DNA from: Atopococcus tabaci | GTDB taxonomy: Bacteria; Bacillota; Bacilli; Lactobacillales; Carnobacteriaceae_A | Reading direction: 5' to 3' | Assembly: GCA_030535975.1 (NCBI GenBank) | Contig: JAUNQW010000004.1 | Coordinates: 34,590 to 58,589, forward strand | DNA length: 24,000 nucleotides | Notes under the pieces: model-generated | The model's database searches: none | Told to the model about the DNA's origin: nothing | What the model saw: only the letters and a program-made list of their open reading frames with translations | Shown: in pieces, positions 9,497 to 18,319 of the stretch | Layout: each line of letters starts with the position of its first letter | Position numbering within the stretch: position 1 is the stretch's first letter | Made by a program: the position numbers and the translations under genes

Positions 9497-10666
9497 ATGA
9501 TTTATGAACTTAAAATTGAGTTGTTTGGCGGTCAAGTTCCAGTTACTCGTATTCTTCATGTAAACTCAGAAATCAGTTTTAAACAGCTGCACTATGTCAT
9601 TCAGACAGCTTTTGACTGGTCCGGCTTGCGACCCCATATATTCCTCCTTCATGAAAAAGATAAAGTCCAAGCGCTTACAAAACTTAATGAAATGAATCAA
9701 CCTGCTTTGGAATATTTTAGAGAGTGGCATGTCTTTGAAGAAAAAAATCATAAGATAACTACTTTTCTTAATGAACCGGGTGACAGTATCATTTATGAGT
9801 ATTATCAGAATTATAAGAAACGCCGTTATCATCTGGTGGAACTAGTTGATATTATCGAAGCTGAGCCTGGTAAAGTCTATCCTTATTGTGCGGGCGCTGA
9901 ATACCTGTCACCCAAAGAAGCCCATGCTTCCAGAACCTCTAAAAGCCATCAAAGTTTAAACTCGGATAATGTCTGTTCACTTACAGATCAAATTAATTAC
10001 CTTCTTTTAGAAGAAACGATTATTCTATCCGAACCGATGATTGATAAAGAGACTTACTATCAAAAAAAGCTTCAAAAGGCAGCTGTTGAATTCCTTTATC
10101 AAAAAAACTGGGAAATTTTATCTGAAGACCAAATATTTAGTGTGATAGACTACAATACAGGGATTCAGCTCTTTTGTTCTGTTTCCGGATCGGATGGAGA
10201 TGATCCGGGGCTCAGCATCTTTGTAGGAGACAGCTCATTCCTTGAACTGCAAAACAGCTCTAAATTTTATCACGAAACGAATAATGCTATGGAGACACTC
10301 AACCAACTTCAGAACTTCTACGGCATAGGTATCGTTTTTAAGGATGAAAAACTTTTCCCAGAATCCATGCAGAGTCTGGTGAGTCAATTTAGAGAGTTAC
10401 GGAATCCTCATCCTCTAGAGACCACCAAAGAACTTGCTCCCATCTACTTTTCTTATAAAAGTAATGCACCTTCTACAGAAAAACTAACGAGCAGCGAGAT
10501 GCGCTGGCTGCTTCTTTGTTTAGAACAAGTCCGCGAAGTTAGTGACTTAGTCAAAAAAGGACTCATCGTTCCTTCTATCAGTGGATCCAATACACTACTT
10601 GAACGTGCTTATTCTTTGATTTACAAACAATTCATCAATCAAGAAATTTATTTGACACGCCGTTAA
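9497..10666 (+). CDS. Hypothetical protein with N-terminal pRiA4b-ORF3-like domain
   Basis: The N-terminus IYELKIELFGGQVPVTRILHVNSEISFKQLHYVIQTAFDWSGLRPHIF fits the PRiA4_ORF3 (PF07929) pattern (YxLKVxL.....WRRI.V....L.LH..IQ.A.GW...HLH.F). I could not assign the C-terminal ~250 aa. An extended -10 TGtTATAAT lies at 9463-9471. Confidence 0.6.
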   Translation: MIYELKIELFGGQVPVTRILHVNSEISFKQLHYVIQTAFDWSGLRPHIFLLHEKDKVQALTKLNEMNQPALEYFREWHVFEEKNHKITTFLNEPGDSIIYEYYQNYKKRRYHLVELVDIIEAEPGKVYPYCAGAEYLSPKEAHASRTSKSHQSLNSDNVCSLTDQINYLLLEETIILSEPMIDKETYYQKKLQKAAVEFLYQKNWEILSEDQIFSVIDYNTGIQLFCSVSGSDGDDPGLSIFVGDSSFLELQNSSKFYHETNNAMETLNQLQNFYGIGIVFKDEKLFPESMQSLVSQFRELRNPHPLETTKELAPIYFSYKSNAPSTEKLTSSEMRWLLLCLEQVREVSDLVKKGLIVPSISGSNTLLERAYSLIYKQFINQEIYLTRR

Positions 10667-10716
10667 ACTTTCGGGCCTTCAAGTGGACCAGATATTTAAT
10701 AGATAAAAGCAAGCAC

Positions 10717-10756
10717 AAAAACAACCTTGGAAATACCATCTCCAAGGTTGTTTTTA
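10717..10756. terminator. Bidirectional intrinsic terminator between convergent genes (hypothetical / ald)
   Basis: AAAAACAACCTTGGA-aataccatc-TCCAAGGTTGTTTTT: perfect 11-bp GC-containing stem with flanking A and T runs. Confidence 0.85.
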
Positions 10757-10766
10757 TGTCATTTAA

Positions 10767-11885
10767 TTAAGCTTCTACTTCTTCTAAAGGGGTGTATTCA
10801 AAATCCAAGGCTCCAGCTACTGCTTCATTTGTGCATTTGCCTTTATAAATATTGACACCTTTTTTCAAGCCCGGCAGCTGTTTAATCGCATCATGAAGCC
10901 CATGTTTTGCGATAAGGGCAGCGTACTCTACTGTGTTCCCTGCCAAGGCCTGCGTAGCTGTATTAGGGACAGAACCCGGCATATTAGAAACTCCGTAGTA
11001 TAGGACACCGTATCGTTCGATGATCGGGTGATCATGACTCGTTGCCTGATCAAAGCCTTCAAAGTTTCCACCTTGGTCTATAGCTGGATCAACCAGAACA
11101 CTTCCCTTTTCCATACTTTTAATCATATCAATGGTCACTAATTTCGGGGTTTTTCCTCCTGAAAGCAGGACGGATCCTATCACCAGGTCCGAGTCTCTAA
11201 CGGATTCCGCAATCGTCACAGGATTGGATGTTAAAGTCTGAACTTGTGTACCGAAAACCGATTGAATGAAGCGTCTCCGGTCAGGATTTACTTCCAGAAC
11301 ATTAACATGGGCGCCTAAACCCAGTCCCATACGTGCTGCATTATACCCTACCGTTCCTCCACCGATGATCGTAATTTGACCCCGCTTGGTTCCAGGTACT
11401 CCTCCTAGTAAGATTCCTTTTCCTCCATTGATTTTCTCCAAATACTGGGCCCCGATCTGCACCGTCATACGACCCGCTACCTCAGACATAGGTTCTAAGA
11501 GAGGTAGATTGCCATTTCGATCTTCAATCGTTTCGTAAGCAACAGCTGTCACTCCTCGATCAATTAAAGCTTGGGCCACTTCTTTTTCATTGGCCAAATG
11601 GAAATAAGTAAAAAGAATTTGTCCTTCTCTCATTTTAGAAAATTCTGTGTGCTGCGGTTCTTTTACTTTCATAATCATGTCTGCTTTTTCCCACACATCA
11701 TCTGCATGATCTAAGATATTTCCACCATATTTGGCATAATCTTCGTCAGAAAAGCTGGAATTGACCCCGGCCTTGCTTTCGATAATCACTTCATGGCCTG
11801 CATCTACTAAAGCACCTACACCTATAGGGTCCATCCCTACACGGTTTTCATTGTTTTTTACTTCTTTTGGAATACCGATAATCAT
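10767..11885 (-). CDS. ald: Alanine dehydrogenase
   Basis: [18 protein letters not shown]..., NAD-binding [20 protein letters not shown], 372 aa from the ATG at 11885. The track start at 11912 adds 9 residues with no SD, and the canonical Ald N-terminus is MIIG(V/I)PKE. Confidence 0.92.
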   Translation of the reverse strand: MIIGIPKEVKNNENRVGMDPIGVGALVDAGHEVIIESKAGVNSSFSDEDYAKYGGNILDHADDVWEKADMIMKVKEPQHTEFSKMREGQILFTYFHLANEKEVAQALIDRGVTAVAYETIEDRNGNLPLLEPMSEVAGRMTVQIGAQYLEKINGGKGILLGGVPGTKRGQITIIGGGTVGYNAARMGLGLGAHVNVLEVNPDRRRFIQSVFGTQVQTLTSNPVTIAESVRDSDLVIGSVLLSGGKTPKLVTIDMIKSMEKGSVLVDPAIDQGGNFEGFDQATSHDHPIIERYGVLYYGVSNMPGSVPNTATQALAGNTVEYAALIAKHGLHDAIKQLPGLKKGVNIYKGKCTNEAVAGALDFEYTPLEEVEA

Positions 11886-11988
11886 ATTTTTAATTCCTTT
11901 CGATCCTGTCATCTATGTTATAAGATAAGAATATAATTATTTTAAATCTAACTCAACCAAAAATATAGAAAAAGGAAAATAAAATATT

Positions 11989-12741
11989 ATGTATGATTTT
12001 AAGAGCACTTACTTATTTTCTAGTGTTGTCACTCAGACACCTTATTTCACCCAATACTACCAAGCTAAAATGCCCGATGTCAGACAGACTAATTTTATGT
12101 CCTTTCATTTTAATCCAATATTGGAGAACTTTCAATTTTTAGAATCTTTTCAAAAAGACTTTCATCAAGATACGGATCAAAGTTTTCTCAGATTCCATTG
12201 GCCCCAGGATGAAGGGATTTATCCCGAAATTTTTTCTTATCTGCACGAAAATAACTATCAACTCGGCCGGATGGAATTACTCAAGATAAATCCTCAGGAC
12301 TTTATGATGTCTTCAAGTCAGCCCGAGATTACTATAACAAGCTTAAATAAAAATAATATGGAAGATTATCTTAACTTAAATTATGAAGCAGATTTGGAGC
12401 ATGGCAGGATTTATGCTGAACAAAAACAAATCCAATACCAAGGCTATCTTAAGCGGCCTCATATCCAACCTTATCTGGCCTTTCATAACAATCATCTGGT
12501 CGCCAGTATCGACCTTATCGTCCTCAAAAGCAGTATTGAGATTAACAGCTTATATGTGGCACCTAAATACCGCCGCCAGGGCATCGCATCCGCACTCCAA
12601 GAAAAAGCTGTGGAAATCGCTGAAGAACATAAAAGCGTCCTTATTTTGATTGCCGATGCGGAAGATACACCTATCGACATGTATGAAGAACAAGGATATG
12701 ACTCTCTGCATTCTATAATTATTGCAGAGAAACAACTATAA
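11989..12741 (+). CDS. GNAT-family N-acetyltransferase with an uncharacterised N-terminal domain
   Basis: The C-terminal ~100 aa carry GNAT motif A (LYVAPKYRRQGIASALQEKAVEIA). I did not recognise the N-terminal ~140 aa. Confidence 0.7.
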   Translation: MYDFKSTYLFSSVVTQTPYFTQYYQAKMPDVRQTNFMSFHFNPILENFQFLESFQKDFHQDTDQSFLRFHWPQDEGIYPEIFSYLHENNYQLGRMELLKINPQDFMMSSSQPEITITSLNKNNMEDYLNLNYEADLEHGRIYAEQKQIQYQGYLKRPHIQPYLAFHNNHLVASIDLIVLKSSIEINSLYVAPKYRRQGIASALQEKAVEIAEEHKSVLILIADAEDTPIDMYEEQGYDSLHSIIIAEKQL

Positions 12742-12746
12742 AAAAA

Positions 12747-12804
12747 CTCTTTGTGCTAAGACAAGCCCAGGTTATCCACAGGGCACTATCTTAACCACAA
12801 AGAG
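12747..12804. terminator. Long imperfect hairpin between convergent GNAT and CBS-ACT genes (probable bidirectional terminator)
   Basis: CTCTTTGTG-c-TAAGA-caa-GCCC-[12 nt]-GGGC-acta-TCTTA-ac-CACAAAGAG, preceded by A6 and followed by a T-rich run. Confidence 0.55.
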
Positions 12805-12807
12805 ATT

Positions 12808-13443
12808 TTAAATAGTCTGCGCTTCGTAGCCTTTATTTTCTAAAACTTGTAAAACTTCCTGGCTGTCTTCGTTATCCGTTTGAATAACGAGTGTAGAAGT
12901 TGTTCCATCCCGACTGGAGATATAAAGATGGCTGATTCCTACACCTAAACCGGATAAAATACCAGACATTTCATGCAGAACACCTACTTGGTCTGCTACT
13001 TTAACTTCAAGTCGTGCACCGGGTTGACGGTAACCTGTAAGTTCAATTAAAGCAGCAAAGATATCTTTATCCGTAATAATTCCAATGACCTTGTCCTGCT
13101 CATCTACAACGATTAAGACTGATAGACCATAATCATGCATTTGTGCAGCGGCAGCCTCTATCACAATATCTTGACTGATAGTCTGGGCTTCTTTAGTCAT
13201 GAGTTGACCGGCAGTTTGTTTATCCAGAAGATAGTTCATTTCATAGATAGATAAACTTGAGGCGCTCGATGGAGAATTATTAGCAATAATAGCCTCTGTA
13301 ATTAAGCCTTGATAGACATTATTGACATCTACAACAGGGACCCTGTGGAAATCATTGCTTTCCATAATAGAAACAACTTCCGTTAAACGGACATCCGGCT
13401 CTACAGTGACAACGTTTTTTGTCATATAGTCTTTTACTCTCAT
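12808..13443 (-). CDS. CBS-CBS-ACT domain protein (AcuB-like), last gene of the liv operon
   Basis: 211 aa. It has two CBS repeats (MTKNVVTVEPD...HRVPVVD; MTKEAQTISQD...LIVVDEQDKVIGIITDKDI) and a C-terminal ACT-like fold (ARLEVKVADQVGVLHEMSGILSGLGVGISHL). The ATG lies 3 nt after the livF stop, and the SD GGAGG is inside the last livF codons. Confidence 0.8.
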   Translation of the reverse strand: MRVKDYMTKNVVTVEPDVRLTEVVSIMESNDFHRVPVVDVNNVYQGLITEAIIANNSPSSASSLSIYEMNYLLDKQTAGQLMTKEAQTISQDIVIEAAAAQMHDYGLSVLIVVDEQDKVIGIITDKDIFAALIELTGYRQPGARLEVKVADQVGVLHEMSGILSGLGVGISHLYISSRDGTTSTLVIQTDNEDSQEVLQVLENKGYEAQTI

Positions 13444-13446
13444 TAT

Positions 13447-14151
13447 TTATCCTCCTAAATATGCTTTCTGGACCTCATCACTCGCAAGAAGTTCTTTTCC
13501 TGTACCCGCTGCTACAATTTTACCTGTTTCAAAAACATAGCCGCGATCAGCAATTTCAAGAGCAACATTTGCATTTTGTTCAACTAAAAGAACAGTAGTA
13601 CCCCTTTTGTTAACCTCTTCTATAATATTGAAAATTTCCTGAATAAATAAAGGAGCCAGTCCCATAGAGGGTTCATCTAAAAGAATTAAATCAGGGCTGG
13701 ACAGTAAAGAGCGGCCCATAGCTAGCATTTGTTGTTCTCCCCCGGATAGAGTGGCTGCGTCCTGGTTCAAACGTTCTTTCAATACAGGGAAGCTGCGAAA
13801 AATCCGATCTAAATCTTCTTCAATTGCTTTGCTGTCTTTTCTTAGAAATGCTCCCATATCTAAATTTTCTTTGACAGACATCCCGCCGAAAACATGACGT
13901 CCTTCAGGAACATGCGATATACCTGCTTTAACAATCGTTCGTGCATCAGCTTTTGTAATATTGCGTCCTTTAAAGGTAATACTGCCATTGGAAGAGCGAA
14001 GTAAGCCGGAAATAGTTTTGAGAATCGTTGTTTTTCCTGCACCATTTGCCCCGATCAGGGTAACAATCTCACCTTCATTGACCTCAAAGGATACACGTTT
14101 GATGGCTTCAATTACGCCGTAACGCACACTCACATCTTTAATTTCTAACAT
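13447..14151 (-). CDS. livF: BCAA ABC transporter ATP-binding protein LivF
   Basis: 234 aa. Walker A GANGAGKTT, signature LSGGEQQML, C-terminal EVQKAYLGG typical of LivF. The start is directly adjacent to the livG stop codon. Confidence 0.9.
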   Translation of the reverse strand: MLEIKDVSVRYGVIEAIKRVSFEVNEGEIVTLIGANGAGKTTILKTISGLLRSSNGSITFKGRNITKADARTIVKAGISHVPEGRHVFGGMSVKENLDMGAFLRKDSKAIEEDLDRIFRSFPVLKERLNQDAATLSGGEQQMLAMGRSLLSSPDLILLDEPSMGLAPLFIQEIFNIIEEVNKRGTTVLLVEQNANVALEIADRGYVFETGKIVAAGTGKELLASDEVQKAYLGG

Positions 14152-14925
14152 TTAAACACCACCTAAGTATGCACGAATAACTTCATCGTTAGTTTGAATT
14201 TCTGAAGGAATGCCCTCTGCAATCAACCGCCCGTATTCTAAAACATAAATTCTTTCACAAACATTCATAACCACATTCATATCGTGTTCAATTAATACGA
14301 TCGTGAGATTAAATTCTTTGTGGATACGTTGAATTAACTGGGTCAGTTCTGCACTTTCAAAAGGGTTCATTCCTGCTGCCGGCTCATCCAAAAATAATAG
14401 TTTAGGATTAGTAGCCATCGCACGAACAATTTCTAATTTTCTTTGATCCCCATAAGGAAGATTCTTAGCTTTTTCATCATACACTTCAGTTAAATCAAAA
14501 ATATCCAACAGATGGAAAGCTTGTTCAGTAATCTCTTCTTCAGAACGATAAAAGGCCGGAGTACGAAAGAAACTCGCAAACAGCCCTGCTTGCTTTTCTG
14601 TATGCATACCTATTTTGACATTATCTATAACTGATAAATCACCGAATAAACGGATGTTTTGAAAGGTTCGGGCGATTCCTTTTTCAGATATATTATATGT
14701 CTTTTCTCCGTCAATTTTTTCTTTATTCCCATCGACCTTGAAAAAAACTTCGCCTTCACTGGGCTGATAGACACCTGTTAACAAGTTAAAGAAGGTTGTT
14801 TTTCCTGCCCCGTTAGGTCCGATCAGGCCAATAAGTTCACCTTCTTGGATCTCCATACTTACATTTGAAACTGCGGTTAGACCGCCAAAATTCTTCGTTA
14901 AGTCATTTACTTTTAATAAAGTCAT
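14152..14925 (-). CDS. livG: BCAA ABC transporter ATP-binding protein LivG
   Basis: 257 aa. LTKNFGGLTAVSNVS, GPNGAGKTTFFNLLTG, LPYGDQRKLEIVRA, C-terminal EVIRAYLG. Confidence 0.9.
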   Translation of the reverse strand: MTLLKVNDLTKNFGGLTAVSNVSMEIQEGELIGLIGPNGAGKTTFFNLLTGVYQPSEGEVFFKVDGNKEKIDGEKTYNISEKGIARTFQNIRLFGDLSVIDNVKIGMHTEKQAGLFASFFRTPAFYRSEEEITEQAFHLLDIFDLTEVYDEKAKNLPYGDQRKLEIVRAMATNPKLLFLDEPAAGMNPFESAELTQLIQRIHKEFNLTIVLIEHDMNVVMNVCERIYVLEYGRLIAEGIPSEIQTNDEVIRAYLGGV

Positions 14926-14939
14926 TCAAACACCCCTTC

Positions 14940-15923
14940 CTAATCTTTTTTCTTAAGGCTTTTTATAAATCCAGGACGATCTTCTTCTCTGCCCAGCAAA
15001 GTAGATAAGCTGAATTCACGTCCTCCAAGTAAACCAGATGGCTTGAATATCATGATGCCAATCAAAGCAATGGCGTAAATAATCATGCGCAGTGCGCCAA
15101 ATTGCTGCAGGTAAAGATTGAGAATACCCAAAATAAAACCAGCCACAATAGAACCTGTGATTGATCCTATCCCACCAAAAACCACTGTAATTAGAACATC
15201 AATGGAGCGGTCAAAACCAAACTGAGAAGGGTTGATGACCCCTAAGTTGGTAGCATGAACCGATCCTGCAACAGCAGCAGCCATTGCTCCAATAACAAAG
15301 GCAGCTACTTTCATTTTTGTTGTATTGATACCTAGAGATTCAGTTGCGATTTCATCTTCCCGTACGGCAATAGTTGCTCGTCCACGGGAGCTGCGAATAT
15401 AATTCAGCACAAAGATGACAACAATAACTGTAAAGACAGTGGCTGTCCGCCAATTCATTAGATAGATAGGTATACCACTTAAGCCTGCTGCTCCATTTGT
15501 TAATCCTTCCATATTTAAGATCGCGACACGGATAATTTCAGCAACTCCCAGTGTGGCAATGGCTAAATAATCTCCTTTTAATCTTAACGTGGGATATCCG
15601 ACGATAAAAGCAACAATCCCTGCAATCACCGCTCCTGCCAGAACACTTAGAATAAAACTAATAAAGTTGGGACTTTGCCGGGTCATAATACCTGTAGCAT
15701 ATGCTCCAATGGCCATGAATCCTGCATGCCCTAAAGCTAACTGACCAGAGAAACCGACAATCAAGTTCAGGCCGACAGCTAACATAATATTAATCATAAT
15801 AGTAACTAGAGTCTGCTGCATGACCGGCGAAGTAAAGCCGGTAGTGACACCAATCTCAAGTAAAACAAATGTTAATATAATAAGAATGAGCCAAGTGATA
15901 TTCGTACGATTAAATAATTTCAT
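14940..15923 (-). CDS. livM: BCAA ABC transporter permease LivM
   Basis: 327 aa polytopic membrane protein. GQLALGHAGFMAIGAYA is the LivM hallmark. Confidence 0.9.
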   Translation of the reverse strand: MKLFNRTNITWLILIILTFVLLEIGVTTGFTSPVMQQTLVTIMINIMLAVGLNLIVGFSGQLALGHAGFMAIGAYATGIMTRQSPNFISFILSVLAGAVIAGIVAFIVGYPTLRLKGDYLAIATLGVAEIIRVAILNMEGLTNGAAGLSGIPIYLMNWRTATVFTVIVVIFVLNYIRSSRGRATIAVREDEIATESLGINTTKMKVAAFVIGAMAAAVAGSVHATNLGVINPSQFGFDRSIDVLITVVFGGIGSITGSIVAGFILGILNLYLQQFGALRMIIYAIALIGIMIFKPSGLLGGREFSLSTLLGREEDRPGFIKSLKKKD

Positions 15924-15932
15924 ATGATCACC

Positions 15933-16829
15933 CTACACTTTCTCATTTTCATTTTTACCAAGCAGTCCGGCTGGTTTTACTAGTAAAATAATAATTAAAA
16001 TTAAATAGACAACCGCATCACGAATCATCGAATTACCGTAAGCAGTAATCATAACTTCAACCATACCGATCAAGTAGCCCCCGAGAACCGCTCCTGGAAT
16101 CAAACCGATTCCACCAATTACGGCTGCGACGAAAGCTTTTGTACCATATCCAGCACCCATCAATGGGTTCATTGAGTTATAATACATTCCTACCATGACT
16201 CCGCCTGCACCGGCCAGCATAGATCCAAGAAGGAAAGTAAAAGCAATAACAGCATTCGCGTTAATTCCCATTAACTGGGCTGCTTCCTGGTCAATACTTA
16301 CAGCTCGCATGGCTTTCCCCATTTTAGTCTTTTGAACAACAAACTGTAATAAAATCATTAAAATAATCGTCGTTGACAGTAAAATAATCTGCATCATAGA
16401 AATTGAAATGCCGCCTAAACTGACCGATTGGTTAACAAAACCTGGTGTCTGTTCGAAAGCTGAAAGAAAAGATTTCGTTTCCGGACCGACGATAGCTGTC
16501 ATTCCATTCTGCAGTAAATAAGACACTCCGATAGCTGTAATTAACACAGACAGTCGTGGAGCATTCCTCAAAGGTTTATAGGCTATCTGGTCAATCACTA
16601 CTCCTATAACTCCTGTCACAATCATCGTCAATATAATCGTAGGGAATAAGCCTAAATTCAAATTCTGAATAATATAATAGCCTACAAATGATCCCACCAT
16701 GAAAATATCTCCGTGAGCAAAGTTTAATAATTTAATAATACCGTAAACCATGGTATAACCCAGGGCAATAAGTGCATACACACTGCCTAAGGTCAGACCA
16801 TTGATTACTTGCTGGATAAAAACAGCCAC
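15933..16829 (-). CDS. livH: BCAA ABC transporter permease LivH
   Basis: 298 aa. QQVINGLTLGSVYALIALGYTMVYGIIKLLNFAHGD is the LivH N-terminal signature. GTG start. Confidence 0.9.
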   Translation of the reverse strand: MAVFIQQVINGLTLGSVYALIALGYTMVYGIIKLLNFAHGDIFMVGSFVGYYIIQNLNLGLFPTIILTMIVTGVIGVVIDQIAYKPLRNAPRLSVLITAIGVSYLLQNGMTAIVGPETKSFLSAFEQTPGFVNQSVSLGGISISMMQIILLSTTIILMILLQFVVQKTKMGKAMRAVSIDQEAAQLMGINANAVIAFTFLLGSMLAGAGGVMVGMYYNSMNPLMGAGYGTKAFVAAVIGGIGLIPGAVLGGYLIGMVEVMITAYGNSMIRDAVVYLILIIILLVKPAGLLGKNENEKV

Positions 16830-16876
16830 AATGTCACATCCTTTTCTTTTTCTTATAAAAGACAGAAAGTAAGAAC

Positions 16877-18052
16877 TTATTCAGCTCCTACCTCGTGCGC
16901 CTCTACATCCTCACCATTCTGTACTTCAATGATTGTAACAGTTTTAACTGGATTGTGCATTTCATCAAATGAGAATGTTCCAGTTACTCCGTCAAAATCT
17001 GTCGTTTCAGCTAACGCTTCATTGACAGCTTGTGGATCTGCGCTCCCCGCACGTTCGATCGCTTCTTTCGCTACATATACGCCGTCATAAGCCATTGCAG
17101 CAAACATATCTGCTTCTTTGTCAAATTTTTCTTTGTAGTTTGACATGAATGCTTCTACTTGTTCATTTGCAGATAAGGCAGAGAACTGAGTCGTATAATA
17201 AACATCCGTTAAGCCGGAAGCACCTGCCAATTCATAGAGAGAATCATTTCCAAATCCATCTGGACCTAAAATAGGCTGTGTAATTCCCATCTCGCGGGCT
17301 TGTTTAATGATCGGGCCGGCCTCTTGGTAGTAACCCGGGATAAAGAGGATATCAAAATCTTGTCCTCTTAAGTTAGTAAGAACAGCAGAAAAATCTGTTT
17401 CTCCCGCTGTAAAGTTTTCACTTGCTACTACTTCACCAGGAAAAGCTTCAGTAAATGTCGCAACCAAACCTACTGCATAGTCAGACGAGTTGTCTCCTAA
17501 TACCGCCGCTGTTTGGGCATTTAAGTCCGTCGCAGCAAAATCTGCTAAAGCATTTCCTTGATAAGAGTCCGGATATGCAATTCTCCACCCGTAAGGAATC
17601 ACACTGCCGTCTCCACTTTCAGTAAATGAGTCTAAAGAAGCGGATGGTGACAGTAAAGGCACTTCATGTTGATTAGCTACTTGTAAAGAAGCCACCGCTG
17701 CACCCGAAACATCAGGTCCTAAGATAACGCTTACTTCATCTTCAGTCGCAAGACGCGTCGTTACAGTAGCTGCTTCGGAATCTTCTGAACCATAATCATA
17801 TTCCACAACTTCCACCTGTTTGCCATTGATTCCGCCTGCTTCATTAATTTCTTCCGCGGCTAATTGAACGGCCTGTGCTTGAGGAAGTCCATAAGCAGAA
17901 ACCTCTCCTGATTGTGCGAAAACGGAGCCCAGCTTAATAGTATCAGCTTCATCATAATTGATGTCCGCAGTTCCCCCTCCTGAACACCCCGCTGCCAGAA
18001 GTGCTCCTCCTGCTAAAAGGCCTAATAAACCTTGTCTCAATCTATTCTTCAT
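16877..18052 (-). CDS. livJ: BCAA ABC transporter substrate-binding lipoprotein (LivJ paralog 1)
   Basis: 391 aa. Lipobox LLAAGC, type-I periplasmic binding fold (Peripla_BP_6-like). First gene of the liv operon. SD GGGGAG lies 7 nt from the ATG. Confidence 0.88.
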   Translation of the reverse strand: MKNRLRQGLLGLLAGGALLAAGCSGGGTADINYDEADTIKLGSVFAQSGEVSAYGLPQAQAVQLAAEEINEAGGINGKQVEVVEYDYGSEDSEAATVTTRLATEDEVSVILGPDVSGAAVASLQVANQHEVPLLSPSASLDSFTESGDGSVIPYGWRIAYPDSYQGNALADFAATDLNAQTAAVLGDNSSDYAVGLVATFTEAFPGEVVASENFTAGETDFSAVLTNLRGQDFDILFIPGYYQEAGPIIKQAREMGITQPILGPDGFGNDSLYELAGASGLTDVYYTTQFSALSANEQVEAFMSNYKEKFDKEADMFAAMAYDGVYVAKEAIERAGSADPQAVNEALAETTDFDGVTGTFSFDEMHNPVKTVTIIEVQNGEDVEAHEVGAE

Positions 18053-18086
18053 CTAAAATCTCCCCTTTTTTAATAATAAGTTATCG

Positions 18087-18122
18087 AAAAAAAGACAAGC
18101 CCGGAAATATTGGGCTTGTCTT
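18087..18122 (-). terminator. Intrinsic terminator (attenuator) inside the livJ-1 leader
   Basis: Minus strand AAGACAAGCCC-aauauuucc-GGGCUUGUCUU followed by a U7 run, 35 nt upstream of the livJ-1 ATG. Confidence 0.85.
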
Positions 18123-18188
18123 ATTATGTGAGCCCAACATTTCTAGTTTAAGTAGAAATAGGACCCTTTCTAAAGAGAAAGAATCCTG

Positions 18189-18278
18189 CTACATAATAAT
18201 AGTGACATTATTCACTTGTGGAAAAAGCGAATGGGTACTATAAAATGGATCCATTTGTTGATGTATTTTAGGGCACAT
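18189..18278 (-). CDS. Candidate leader peptide, 29 aa: MCPKIHQQMDPFYSTHSLFPQVNNVTIIM
   Basis: AAGGAGG lies 7 nt upstream of the ATG at 18278, and the stop TAG is at 18189-18191. The last 8 codons are V-N-N-V-T-I-I-M. The first attenuator hairpin starts 2 nt after the stop. Too short for the ORF track. Confidence 0.45.
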   Translation of the reverse strand: MCPKIHQQMDPFYSTHSLFPQVNNVTIIM

Positions 18279-18319
18279 TTCGCTTCCTCCTTTTTATTCG
18301 AAACCAATATGATATGAAT

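Noticed and set aside
1868-17090. All other nested or antisense track ORFs (e.g. 1868-2092, 2154-2378, 2707-2892, 3092-3319, 5673-5939, 6835-7029, 7674-7880, 8991-9210, 9566-9832, 12383-12735, 13860-14045, 16809-17090, 18570-18830, 20127-20624, 20770-20973, 21611-21883)
   Set aside because: Each lies within or opposite a longer ORF with clear family motifs. None has a convincing SD or a recognisable domain.
17240-17345. Recent gene conversion between the two livJ paralogs, suggested by a 25-aa identical block (also 18865-18965)
   Set aside because: The nucleotide alignment of the block shows many synonymous differences (for example ctggacc vs ccgggcc, catctcgcgggc vs catttcacgagc). The identity is therefore maintained at the protein level and is not a recent DNA exchange.
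18001-18243. 80-aa plus-strand ORF across the livJ-1 start and leader
   Set aside because: It is antisense to the livJ-1 signal peptide and the attenuator hairpins, has no SD, and has a low-complexity composition. The region is better explained by the minus-strand leader.
18053-18313. Possibility that the two liv leaders (here and 19669-19901) are degenerate T-box riboswitches
   Set aside because: Neither leader contains the GGGUGGNACCGCG-type T-box core. Neither has a 7-nt UGGN bulge flanked by two helices, an F-box, or recognisable Stem I elements. The two genuine T-boxes in this window show all of these clearly. The GGUGGA in the livJ-2 leader is fully explained as a stem strand of hairpin A:A'.
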